Shown here piece after piece: positions 1 through 11,276 of a stretch of 64,000 nucleotides of DNA. The stretch's first letter is position 1. Every line of letters starts with the position of its first letter. Source of the DNA: Tubulanus polymorphus (Eukaryota > Animalia > Nemertea); contig NC_134035.1 in NCBI RefSeq assembly GCF_964204645.1, forward strand, positions 13,114,451 through 13,178,450, written 5' to 3'. The notes under the pieces were generated by a model that saw only the letters and a list, made by a program, of their open reading frames with translations, ran no database searches and was not told the origin of the DNA. Made by a program: the position numbers and the translations under genes.

Positions 1-16
1 GACCTAAGTCTACTGG

Positions 17-123
17 ACCCAGTTCCACAGTTGTGAGTTAGAGTTAACTCTGAGTTAAAGTTAGTTCATTTTCAATGTTTTAACCCAGGGTCAAATCTTA
101 ACTCAGAACTATGGAACTGGACC
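17..123. mobile_element. PIF/Harbinger-like MITE (representative; relatives at about 921-1018, 2283-2383, 2480-2606, 4070-4183, 9231-9318, 17500-17618, 22263-22370, 22608-22744, 25939-26012, 34760-34863, 37780-37870, 60773-60895)
   Basis: TIR GRCCCAGTTCCACAG...CTRTGGAACTGGRCC, flanked by a duplicated CTG or CAG (CWG) triplet in several copies. Confidence 0.7.
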
Positions 124-712
124 CTGTAAGTCTGCATACCAGACAATCTTAAGGGTAACAGATCGGAGGACAACAGCTAACACATCGTTTGGTTTGCAAG
201 GAGATTATTAAGTCATAACCTCAAATTGGATACATTCGTACGTATGACCCTATATCAGATTTGAGCAGAGCCTTCTGTATTGAACAGGATTCTTACAGAT
301 CAGGGAATCATCCAAAATATTTTGATGCATATATTTCCCTTATTCTTCTGAAATTTCCTGATTACATTATATAAGGGATTACAAGATATCCTCAGTGGGA
401 GCGGTTTCTCCTTGTGGCCTTATCTTCAGCAAGAACGACAAGACGACAAAAATTAAAATTCCCTGATTGAATTACATTGACTGACTTTTTCCTTATCTGT
501 AAAAACCCTATAACCGGTAGATATTTTATCCATTGAGTTATAGAACTCAATTTGGGAAAGAAACAAAAATGATTAATGAACCAAGTTTTTGATTCCAGTC
601 GCAGGAAGACTGAATAAATACCGAATCGACGTAAATAATTTGTGCAGTTAACTGCGACGACGAACACAACACCAAATGGTATTAAATCCTGTTTATTGCT
701 GTTTTCTCCGGT

Positions 713-3700
713 TTATTCCAGTTTAATCGCGACTCGACAAATTGGACACGTCGCGTTCGTCTGAAAACAAGATAAAATAATCAGTTCTAAAATACTTTTT
801 ATGAATTCAAAAATTCAGCCATTTTTATTTGACTTCGCAGCCCCACGGACCCCGCCCGGAATTCGCTACCAGGAACCCCGTATAAGTTATAAACTTAATG
901 ATAGATGTGAAACTGAATTCAGGACCCGGTTTCACAGTTGTCAGTCAGAGCTGAGTTAAAAACGGCTCATTCTCGATCCTTTTTACTTTAGAGTCAAACC
1001 GTGACTCATAACCGTGGACAGGGTCCGATCTAAGGAATGAAAGCCACTTGCCTGTTGGGCAAGCATATCTGAAATTTCGCTTGCCTCTTCCAAAAGCTAC
1101 TTGCCCTACACAGGCAGTCTGATTGGTGGCGCTATCATCCGTTGTATCGAGTGGGAAAGAAGCTTTGTGACATAAAATTGCACTAGCCCGGTGGACGAGT
1201 GATAATGATAACCTACTCGCCCTGATGAGAATATACTTGTCCCGGGCAATCGGACAAGTGCTTAGATCAGACCCTGGCGGAACATAATCCAGGGTTTCAT
1301 TTAAGAGTCAGATTTCATTTTCTTTATCGTGAAATCTGACGAACGTTTAAACAGTGAAGAGAACGATCACTAACCTGGATCCACTGGTCGATGCATTTCG
1401 TATGAAAATCGTGGAAACATGGTAAAATTCTCAAATGATCGTTATTTTCAAACTCGGTCATACAAATCGAACACTCTAAACTACGAGCTGAACTCGAGTT
1501 AAATCTGTGAGTCGGCAGTTGATTGATCGCAGTCGTTTCAAGGCCACGTGGAACCGCGTCGCCTAGTAACTCCCCGAGGGCCAGTAAATGCTAGAAAGTG
1601 AAATAGACGTTAAGTTATGATGAATGAGGACGCGAAAAGTCGACTGCGGCAATAGAGGATTACACTTGCGACGAGTGAGGATCCACCAGGTGTTGCTAGT
1701 GTGCAAAAGAACAACTACAAAGGCAATAGATTTCGCTTGGCAGGCGCGCTAGTGTGCAATAGGACATTACTATTGACTAACTATGAAGTGGGAAGCTAAG
1801 AGTTCAGATTACAGTCAACTGAAAATAAACTAAATTTGGATCAAGTTTTTCCAATCGATACACACGCCATCTGGTGGAAGATCTGATGCAACGCCTGATG
1901 TCTTTATTAGACGAGGACCGAGTGAGAATGAAAAATTACCTCATAGCTATCATCCTCTACAGCTAGAAATCTCGTTCTATGATTGACGCGACCTCGAGAC
2001 CGGTTTCCAGATCCCCGACGGTTTCTAGTCGGACTTGAATACATCTATGTTTTAATAGAAAATAGAATTAATCACTTAAATCACTTCAACAATTCACTAT
2101 CATCAAGGGTTCTTACAGACCAGGCAATCCTAAATTCCGGTGATATTTCCCCCCAGACTATTGACCAAAAATATTCCCTGATCAAAATGTAAGATATCCT
2201 CAGTGAGGGCTGTTTGTTATCAAGAGGTTCCTTGTGCCACTCATCACCAGCAAGAACAACAAGACAAAATTCAAATTCCCTGGACCCAGTTCCACAGTTC
2301 AGAGTTAAGATTTGACTCAGATTCAACTCATTGAAAATAAACTAACTTAAACTCAGAGTTAACTCTAACTGTGGAACCGGGCCCTGATCAAATCATAAGA
2401 CAATCTCAGACAGAGGTCAGTGAAGGCTGATTCGTGCCACTCGTCACCAGTAAGAACAACAAGACACACAAAACCCCTGGGGCCAGTTGCTCATAAGTTG
2501 GTTAAAGATAACTGGCCGTTAAATACCATAGTAACAATGAAATTTCAATTGTCACCATATCAACTATCCACTGGTTAACTGTAACCAACTTTTGAGCAAC
2601 TGGCCCCTGATTTTCCTTAATCTGTAAGAACCCCAAGATTCTTACGGAAACCTATAATATCGGTACCTGTTGCTCCAATCGTGATAAAGACATGAACTGA
2701 TCAACAAATGGAGCCATTGCATCAAACGGAATTCCTGTAATTTAAACATAATATTAACAATCTCAAATCATTTATAACAGCGGTTTAGAGTCAGAGACAT
2801 TTTCTCAAATCTTAAGAGCGAAATGTTAAATCTTGAGCTGAGTTAATGATTATATAAATCATACAACATCCAATTTTGATATCACCTCCCAAGTCTGGAA
2901 ATATTTCCGTCATCTCAATTTTAGATGTCATCCTAATTTTAGATGACAGAAGTCTTCCCAAGTCAGATCTTTCTAAAAAAGATCTGACTTAACAAACAAG
3001 CCAAACTGAACTAGCCAAATTTTACCTAAATTGTCATCTTCCGTGAACCATAGATTAGTGTTACCGGTACTTCTATATCGACCGCGACTACGCGATGTAT
3101 GATGAGAACGAGGATGATTCGGCTGGTGATGATGGTGGTGATGATGATGAGTTTCGTGTGTATGACCACTAGGGGGAGCCGTTGTTCCCTGAGCGTTTAA
3201 CGCCACAGCAAACTCGTGATCCATTTCTTCCTATAAAATATATAACAACAACGTTGAACTGAACGAATGAACAAAGTTTGGGGTGTTTTTTGATTGTAAT
3301 GTATATTATGTTACCTGAAGCCTTCGTGCCATATCCTCATCATCTTCAATCTGTTGAAATTGACTTATAGTACGTTGAGTTTCTGGAGTAAAACTTGGCG
3401 AACCTCCTAAACTTTCTACAATAATAATTCATTGACACAATTCACTTTTATCCGACTTGCTTTTATCCTTCACTATTCTAACATGCACGTTGTTTTCCCA
3501 AACGAATTTTGATTTTAAACTCTTAACTGATTTTACGTACAATCTAACAATCTCAATTAAATTCCCTGACTTATCCTGGTACTAACTTCCCTGACTTTCT
3601 TCTAAAGAAAAGAAAATTCCCAGACTTTTCCCTGAACTTTGTGAAATTTGACATTGTATTGAAGTAGGAATTGTCGTGCTGGACCCAGTACGCTGACACT

Positions 3701-5323
3701 GATAGACACATACCTCTCGGACGCGGTGACCTCTGCGTTCTAGAACTACGACGCGCTGATCTGTGAAGTCGCGGTGGTGAAATCCAGTGCATACCGGTAT
3801 TTAATATCGAATCAGCAGCTGCAGCTACTGCTGCTACCGCTGCCGTTTCATTATCACTGTTACTCAATATATCCAACAAATCCTCATTTGTACGCGTTCT
3901 AGGCCTAAAATAAACACATTATATCCCTTAAGACTTTATTCAGTTGCAAATCGAAGAAATTGAGGGAAAAAGAAAGTTTTAACTAAATTGATCTTAGCGA
4001 AAAATTCATGGACTATCGAGGACCGGTTTACGTAGTTAACTGCACGAGCCAGTGGAGTTAAATCAGTAAGGCCGGTTCCACAGTGGTCTCAAACTTTAAG
4101 ATAGGTCTAAATTGTTCAATTGGCTATAGGCCTAGAACTAACATGGTCCTAGACTGGTCAAAGCAATGAGTTTAGAAACAGCCCATGATAATGAAATGAC
4201 TCTAATCAGGGTCCGATCTAAGCACTTGGCCGATTGCCCGGGACACGTATATTCTCATCAGGGCGAGAAGTTAGCTTGTCCCCCGGGCTAGTGCAATTTT
4301 ATGTCACAAAGCTTTTTTCCCACTCGATACAACGGATGATAGTGCCACCAATCGGACTGCCTGTGAAGGGCAAGTATTTTTTGGAGGGGCAAGCGAAATA
4401 TCAGATACGCTTGTCCCCGGGCAAGTGGCTTTCATTCCTTAGATCAGACCCTGCTAATGTTGTTTAAAAGGTGCATTAATTATTTCATACCTCGGTCGAC
4501 GGCGACCTTTTCTAATATGATGCATAGCGACTGTAACCGGAACGGGGTCGTGGATCGCGACTGGGGAGGCTCCGTCCTCTGAACTCTCTCTCGCTCGTTT
4601 CTGTCCGTGATGTCGGCTTCCGTTTAAATGGTGACGGTGATGTTTCTTAGCGCGAGGAAACTCGGGGGTCGAACGTCGAGCAGTACGCGACGATGAACCA
4701 TCGGCGAGGTCGAGTGAGGTCGTATCGGTGAGGTCAAGTGAGGTCGTCGGTTGAGGCCCGTCGGTCGACCGGTTATCAGTCGATTCAGAGATGTTCGTTT
4801 GACTGAACGCTCGACTGACTTTGTCGAGTTTTTTGAATTTTCTTTTTCGCTTTTTTTTTTCTTTAGTTCGCAGAAACGTGGCGAGTGAGGCTCGTTCTCT
4901 GGAGTCGTCCTCTTCCTCGTCGCTAGCAGCGCCCTCGCGGTCGTCGGTATCCGTATCGAACAGCGGTAATAACGAATCATGAAGAATCAACTGTCGACGC
5001 GGCGGCGCCGTCTGCTCTTCCGATTCCCGATTCTCTTCAACCGATTCATCGTCGTTTCTGTTTTTACGAACGGAAAGTTTGCGTTTTCCAATCGACTGAG
5101 ATTCGGAATCCTTAATTATCGTAACCGATTCATTGAGATGACTCGTCGATTCACCCTGATTCTCCGATTCATCGGAATCGGCAGCAGCAGCTGCCGCTGT
5201 TGTTTTCGACTGCCGGTTTTTTTCATTTTTCCGATTCTTTTTCAGTTTTTCGGCCCGCCAAAAATCCTCATATTCCGAACTGCTTTCTCCGCTCCATAGA
5301 CATAAAACATCATCTTCGTCCAT
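713..5323 (-). CDS. RING-H2 E3 ubiquitin ligase (RNF38/RNF44/RNF111/RLIM-like C-terminus), 8 coding exons: 5323-4491, 3904-3714, 3415-3315, 3230-3026, 2734-2667, 2044-1940, 1590-1375, 760-713
   Basis: All junctions are GT-AG and in phase. C-terminus reads SYE-HLLALGELLGDAVPRGL...CSICMTEFENNDHLRILPCFHDFHTKCIDQWIQ-TNATCPICRVAIKLE* (C3H2C3 RING-H2). Also an MIU-like ubiquitin-binding motif (QIEDDEDMARRLQEEMD), basic NLS-like runs and a His run. Confidence 0.9.
1019..1276 (+). mobile_element. MITE with CAGGG termini and apparent 5-bp TSD (hAT5-like), copy 1
   Basis: TIR CAGGGTCCGATCTAAG...CTTAGATCAGACCCTG; flanks GTGGA/GCGGA. Confidence 0.75.
4207..4453 (-). mobile_element. Same MITE family, copy 2, inverted relative to copy 1
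   Basis: Same TIRs; interior is the reverse complement of 1019-1276; exact 5-bp flank duplication CTAAT. Confidence 0.8.
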
Positions 5324-5899
5324 TCTCTACCAAAACTTGTCCTACTGAAAATAAAAAAAAGGGATAAAGTCTCCAAAGTCAAGCGGTAATGAGTGACACA
5401 ATGGACTCATTCAAGTCGAGTCTCGACAACCAGGACCGTCACTACACCCTGTAAACCGCGCACCCTAACAAAGTACAGTCTTAATCGGTTTAAAGGCAAA
5501 AGCCTATGCAACCATATTTGATGACGATGATGAAAGATGAAAGCAAAAATGAGAGTCTGAAAACGACCTGATAATTCATTCTTGTATAACTAGCTCAATG
5601 AAAGCTTTTCGAACTCTTTCTTCCTTTTTATAAATTATTAATATAGTGTGCTGTGACTGTGTCAGTGTGTTGCCTCATGTCAATGAACCTTCTGTCATTC
5701 ACCATTCATTCACGTATCCAGATTATTTTCACCACACCTCTCTACAACGCCGTAAAGGTGTTGCTGTTCGTGTGAGAATTTCCAATCCGTTAAATGAATA
5801 AGATTTTGATAAGGTCTGGGGCAGAGTTAGTTTCTGTTGTGAGTGAGAAACCTACCATACACGTCAAACCCGCTATTTATTTCGATCAATAAATATTTA

Positions 5900-6050
5900 A
5901 TTGAATTTAGCCACTCGCTTACCAGAGGTGACTTTCAATCACTCGCTTGCCAGAGCACGTTTTACTCACTTGCCAGAGACGCCGATCAATTACTCGCGCG
6001 TCGCGAGTAGCTCACTCTCAAGGTCGTGGAGCAAAGAGAATATTTTTGAC
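5900..6050. promoter_or_regulatory. Putative bidirectional promoter between the RING-H2 gene and GATD1
   Basis: Divergent genes; candidate minus-strand 5' UTR donor near 5855 and GATD1 ATG at 6094. Three copies of ACTCRCTTRCCAGAG (5913-5978) and a CpG inverted repeat TACTCGCG-cgt-CGCGAGTA (5991-6009). Confidence 0.5.
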
Positions 6051-6093
6051 ATTTGACCGTCAAAATTTGCTTCTAATCTCGAAATCAAAGGAA

Positions 6094-8874
6094 ATGGCTA
6101 AAGCGAATTGTCTTTTCGTTCTCAGTTCTTCAATTGAAGGTAATTTCTTATACATTTCAACTTTAAGAAAATGTTTTTTATCAATGCCAGTTAGCAAGAC
6201 TCCAAGTTTAACGCGGTCTTTTTTAGTTAGAGGCTCCTGCTCTCTCTGCTGGTCTTATTAAGTTCCAGACTTTAAGTTCCTGAGACCGAGCGATCTTTAG
6301 CAGAAAGATGGTATTTTATTTCTATTTTTAGGTGTGAGTGCTCCTTCATTCAGGCAGTCGTATTTATTAGCACATTCTTCCAACTTCAATATTCAACTAG
6401 CGTCACCACAGGTGAATCTAAATTCTCCTCTCTGCGGAAAATTTAATTCTTACTCGACTCTGAAATGATGAAGATGAAATTCACCACTAATTTCTGTACT
6501 TATTTCAGGCAAAATCTATTGAATACATTCATCAAGATGACGAATGTCGATTGTGGTTGAATGATTTTAAGAGCAAATCATTTTCCAATCCGATTGCTCT
6601 GTCTACAGTTGACGGTAAGTTGAGTCTCTTAGATCAGCAGGCGCGTATTCAGACTGTCGCACATGCAGCACGTGATACTAATAAATATGGCGAACAAATT
6701 TTGAGCAAATCTAGTAAAAAGGCAGGCTAAGGTCTGTTTTTAATTAGAATCTGCCTCATTGACATTCTCTTCTATCTTGATCAGGTGGAAAATGCATTAG
6801 AATGACATGAAATTTCAAGACCCTCAAGAGACCCCCTATATCTGCTTCGACACTACGCGTCGCTCGCTGGGCATGGATGGATACTGGCCCTTTTTAAAGT
6901 TGATCTCCTTTTTTTCACTGTGCTGTAGTCATTGAATGTCCCTGGATCCCACGCCTGATCAGTGTCTCCCGGTGATTACACTAATTATCTACCGGTCTCT
7001 CTTCATTCATTTGTTGTTTCAGTGAACCGTTATTCGGCATTGTTGATACCTCACTCGCCAGGGGCTGTGTACGATCTAGCTCACAATACTGAGCTAGCGA
7101 ATATACTGAGTCATTTCATTAGCGAAAAAAGTAAGTTATTCTTTCCTGGAACTCTTCAAACATTCATCGATATTTTAGTTTGAAGTGAGGACGATCAGCT
7201 TTTGAAAGTTTGCTGTTAAAATGTCTTATGTCTTGTGTTTGTAGTTCATTTTATCAATTAGTATTGTCTCAGGTGAAGTTCTGAACACAATTGAAGTGTG
7301 GACGATCAGTTTTTGAAAGTGTGCTGATGAATTGTCTAATTCCTGGTGTTTGTAGTTCATTAATAAAAAATATCTCTGGTAAAGCACCGAACACACGTGA
7401 ATTGTGGATGGTCTGCTTTTGATAGTGTGCTGATAAAATGCCTAATAATATACATGTATTAGATAAAGCACTGAACACATGTGAAGTGTGGATGGATGAT
7501 CAGTTTTTGAAAGTGAGCTATTAAAAATGCCTGATGTCTGGTGATTGTAGATCATTTTCAATTAAAGATTTCTCAGTTGCAATTTGATACCTAGTCCCGT
7601 CTCTGCCTTATTTGTAGTTAAATGTTTGTTTGTTGTTTTTCAGAGCCGATATGTGTAATAGGAATGGGTGTAGCGGCATTGTGCTGCGCTAAAGATCCGG
7701 CCAGTAATGACTGGATGTTTAAACAGTACAGTCTAACTGCTGTAAGTCACAAAAAAACGTGAAAACAATAACCAAAATCTGAATTTTTTCCGCTTTGAAC
7801 AGAGAGGATATCCAGGAGTTGATGTGAATTGAAGTGATTGTTTGTTGTTTTAGACGTCGGTGTATGAATTAGCGCATTCTCACGAATTTTCCTGTTTACC
7901 GATCATTCCTGAAGACTTTATCAAAGATAAGGGAGCTCGATACAGCTGTAAGTATGAAGTGAAATACGGAAAGAATTATTAGCTTTCAATCGACGTTTTG
8001 TCTTTTTATGACACTATCAAATTACTCCCACATCTCAATTAAACATTATCCTAGAATTATGGATGGGTGCAGTGTGGCTTAGTGGTAGAGTGCTCGACCC
8101 CCAATCAGGAGGTTGTCTGTTCGAACCCCGGCTGTGCTGTAGTGTCCTTAGGCAAGGCATTAATTCACAATTGCTACTGGCTGACGACGCCTTGATCGCT
8201 CTGCAGCGTATCGGTGTTGCATCTCCCCAGGGAGAGTAAGAATGTACTGGATTGGTAACAGAAGCTGGGTAATAATTGAGGGACAGCGCTTTGAGCATTC
8301 ATTGGAAAGGCGCTTTATAGGCACTAATTATTATTATTATTATTATTATTATGGGTGGACAACCTTACCTCCGATCTCGCGGAACCAGTAACATTCTAGA
8401 TAGGTTTTGATTATATAATATAATGATAATCTATTTGTTTATATACGCTATAACATAATCATAGCGCTTTACAATGGTAATACAAGAAATCATTAAATTA
8501 TTAAGGTACCATTGGAATACAAGAACATAAAAACAAGCTTATTCAATGGTAAAACGTATTCTGTTTGAGATCAAACTATTTACCGGCCGCTTCTATCAGG
8601 TTCACAGATTCTATTCTGGAGTAGGTTGGGCTTATTCTGATTGATTTTGAAACAAAAGCGTGAGAAGAGAATTCCGCAATCGGTTGAAACCAATCGAAAC
8701 CTGTCATATAAGTTTATCTCTTGTGTAAAGTTGTTTGGTGTTGTTTATTTATTTTCAGCCAGTGAACCGAACTGTGTTTATGTCGTAGTCGATCGACATT
8801 TAGTTTCCGGTCAAAATGAAAAATCAACGTTAACTGCTGTTCAAAACTTAATACTCTTACACAATCAAAGGTAA
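6094..8874 (+). CDS. GATD1: Glutamine amidotransferase-like class 1 domain-containing protein 1 (PDDC1, DJ-1/PfpI superfamily); exons 6094-6139, 6332-6411, 6509-6614, 7023-7130, 7644-7741, 7854-7947, 8759-8874
   Basis: In-phase spliced product [22 protein letters not shown]...[18 protein letters not shown]...[16 protein letters not shown]...[30 protein letters not shown] aligns by eye along the length of human PDDC1/GATD1. Confidence 0.92.
6637..6957. mobile_element. MITE with CAGGCG termini
   Basis: CAGGCGCGTATTCAG...CTGGATCCCACGCCTG with ATCAG duplicated on both flanks. Confidence 0.6.
8061..8352 (+). mobile_element. tRNA-derived SINE (CORE-like centre, L2-type 3' tail) in GATD1 intron 6
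   Basis: A box TGGCTTAGTGG, B box GTTCGAACC, CORE-like GTGTCCTTAGGCAAGGCATT, tail AGCGCTTTGAG...AAAGGCGCTTTATA ending in (TTA)n. Confidence 0.8.
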
Positions 8875-9746
8875 TATAACAGGCGTTAATTTGGTTTCCT
8901 AAAATCTCAGAGCCATGGCTATCGACTCAGATATTTTATTGTGAACTAATTTAAAGGTGCAGCTGCATTTATCTCCCACATTTCTCATTTCAGACAGAGT
9001 AAAACAGTGAAATGAAGAAAATATTTTCTGCACAATTAATTCAGCTTTGATGACATTCAGTTCTTTGTAATTCGAAACAAGATTGATTAGAACTCTTGTG
9101 CACCACCAAACTCTAGCTCTGAAGATTTCATTGCTAAAATTGGAAAGAATACTTAATATCTGCATCTAAAACTGTCTCTAAATTGAGTTGATTTCACGTG
9201 GATATTTTAAAAGATGTTATTGTAGTTAAAGGGTCCAGTTCCACTGTTGTAGTTAGAGTTAACATGAGATCATTTTCAATGAGTCAAATCTTAACTCGTA
9301 ACTGTGGTACCGCGTCCAGCAGAAAATCTGTTCATTAGAAACAAGACGTTTCTACGTTTAACAGTACATGTAGTTTAGAAGTATCTAAACTTACAAGTTT
9401 TTGTAATAAAATGACGATTTGTTTGTATGCTGGTAATCAATATGAAAACCACGTGTAATTGAATGTTTTTTAAGTAAAAACTATGATAAATGTATCTAGT
9501 CTTTGGATATTATTGAAATAATATATTATATTCACTTTATCAGTTGGTGTTTATCAGTGTCTTATGAAAGGACGTTGTATCAGTTCACTAGTTAATTACC
9601 TAATCGTTGGTGGTAAGCTTTTTATAATCGGATGGGCTTATACCAACTTGTATGTGGTTTGTGAAAATATCCGATCGTGAAACTTAACCACAGACAGGTT
9701 ACTTACTAACAGTTCACTAGAGGATATTTACCGTAGATGTTATACT

Positions 9747-10718
9747 CTAGCTCGCTCGACTCATGTTTGTTCTTTTATGATTGGCGACATTCAACATGGT
9801 GACGGCTTCAAACCGAAATCTCTTATTCGTAAAACAATAAATGGTAAAATTCAGACAAGAATCTAACATGGACATTAACAGCGAGACTTTCCTCAGAATC
9901 ATAGCTTCTACATCATTGAAATTTCCAGGTAGCCGATCCAAAACGCCAGGAAATTCACAAATAATATAAACCAGAACAACTGCTGAAACCATCTTCAATA
10001 TTCCCGTATCGTTATCCCTTGAAGCGCCACCTATTAGTGATTTACGGCGTTTTTTGGTCCAAGTAAAAAGAATAAACAAAACCACATTTATGACTAATAA
10101 CGTAGATATAGGCAGGAAAACCATCCCATACATAATTGCGTATTTTCTATCAAATTCAATCGGTTTGAGAACTCTGTCGACATTTTTTAGAAATGTGACA
10201 TCTGTATACTTCTTCCCAAAGAAAATGGTATAAGTATATTGACCTGGCTTCAAACACGGCCATCTCGTTAAACCGGGTATCCTGCGAGGAATTATATACC
10301 TTGAGAAAATCAACAACCCCAGAGTGGTCGTGACGAAACAGAGTAAATTGATAGTTAAAGGTTTCCAGAATCGTTTATATTTTAATGGGAAAATAATGAC
10401 TAAAATTCTCTCTAAACTCACAACAACGACGAGCCAGTTTCTGACAAACTGTGACGGATACAGTCCTATAAAGCCTACATATATAAACCACCAGCCAAAA
10501 TGCCAGTCATCATAACGAAAAACCAAGTCACCCAGATTACTGTAGATAAAATACGTTCTCAGCGGGTACATGATAAAAGATGGTAAACTGAACACAAGAT
10601 CAGAAACCGCTAAAAGACAAATTGAATGATAGCAACTATTGCGTAGTCTGCGTATAATGATGATAGTTAGTATATTCAATAGAATACCACAAACAGTAAC
10701 AGGACCCATTCCTGTCAT
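9747..10718 (-). CDS. Intronless class A GPCR, peptide-receptor-like (FMRFamide/sex-peptide receptor type); N-terminus apparently in another frame
   Basis: Seven hydrophobic segments; LAVSD (TM2), SLER (DRY variant), CEFP (TM6), DSCLNFTIYCFTNKRFR (TM7/helix 8). Confidence 0.85.
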   Translation of the reverse strand: MTGMGPVTVCGILLNILTIIIIRRLRNSCYHSICLLAVSDLVFSLPSFIMYPLRTYFIYSNLGDLVFRYDDWHFGWWFIYVGFIGLYPSQFVRNWLVVVVSLERILVIIFPLKYKRFWKPLTINLLCFVTTTLGLLIFSRYIIPRRIPGLTRWPCLKPGQYTYTIFFGKKYTDVTFLKNVDRVLKPIEFDRKYAIMYGMVFLPISTLLVINVVLFILFTWTKKRRKSLIGGASRDNDTGILKMVSAVVLVYIICEFPGVLDRLPGNFNDVEAMILRKVSLLMSMLDSCLNFTIYCFTNKRFRFEAVTMLNVANHKRTNMSRAS

Positions 10719-11276
10719 ATAGATGTAAACACTGAACTGATAGTTCCATTGTCTGAGAGCAACGATACGGACGAGAACCGTTCACTGCCATTATGGCCAC
10801 ACCTCAAGTATAGCTACGATATACAGCAGCACTTCCAGATTGAATCTAAACTTCGATTGTGTTCTGCAATGATTGTAACAAAGAATAATCAAATCTGGAA
10901 GGCATCACAAATCTGTACAGATTCTGATTTAGAAACCGTCTCAATAAATAACCCTTTTAAGTGAAATCCGATAAATTAAGATTGTCGCAACTAAGCCCTC
11001 CGAGAATGTCAAGATTGAAATATTGAAATCACGTTCTTTCTAGCTAAATAGAAATACGTTATTTAGACTTGTGTGAAAAATAGACACATGTAGGCCTACA
11101 TATATATTTCGCTGTTTTTGAAAATATTCTGATTTCAAACGGCAGCCGAGCCGAAATGTATGCCCCCGTTTTATGCGTTTTATAGGGGACTATTTGTATT
11201 TGAATATTTCTAAATTTTCAACAATTGGTTTCCGTTACTAAATTGGAGTTTTGGTTATTTGCAGAAATCGCTCGAA

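Noticed and set aside
8061-8135. Functional tRNA gene
   Set aside because: A and B boxes are present but the acceptor stem is poor and the sequence runs into a SINE body and (TTA)n tail.
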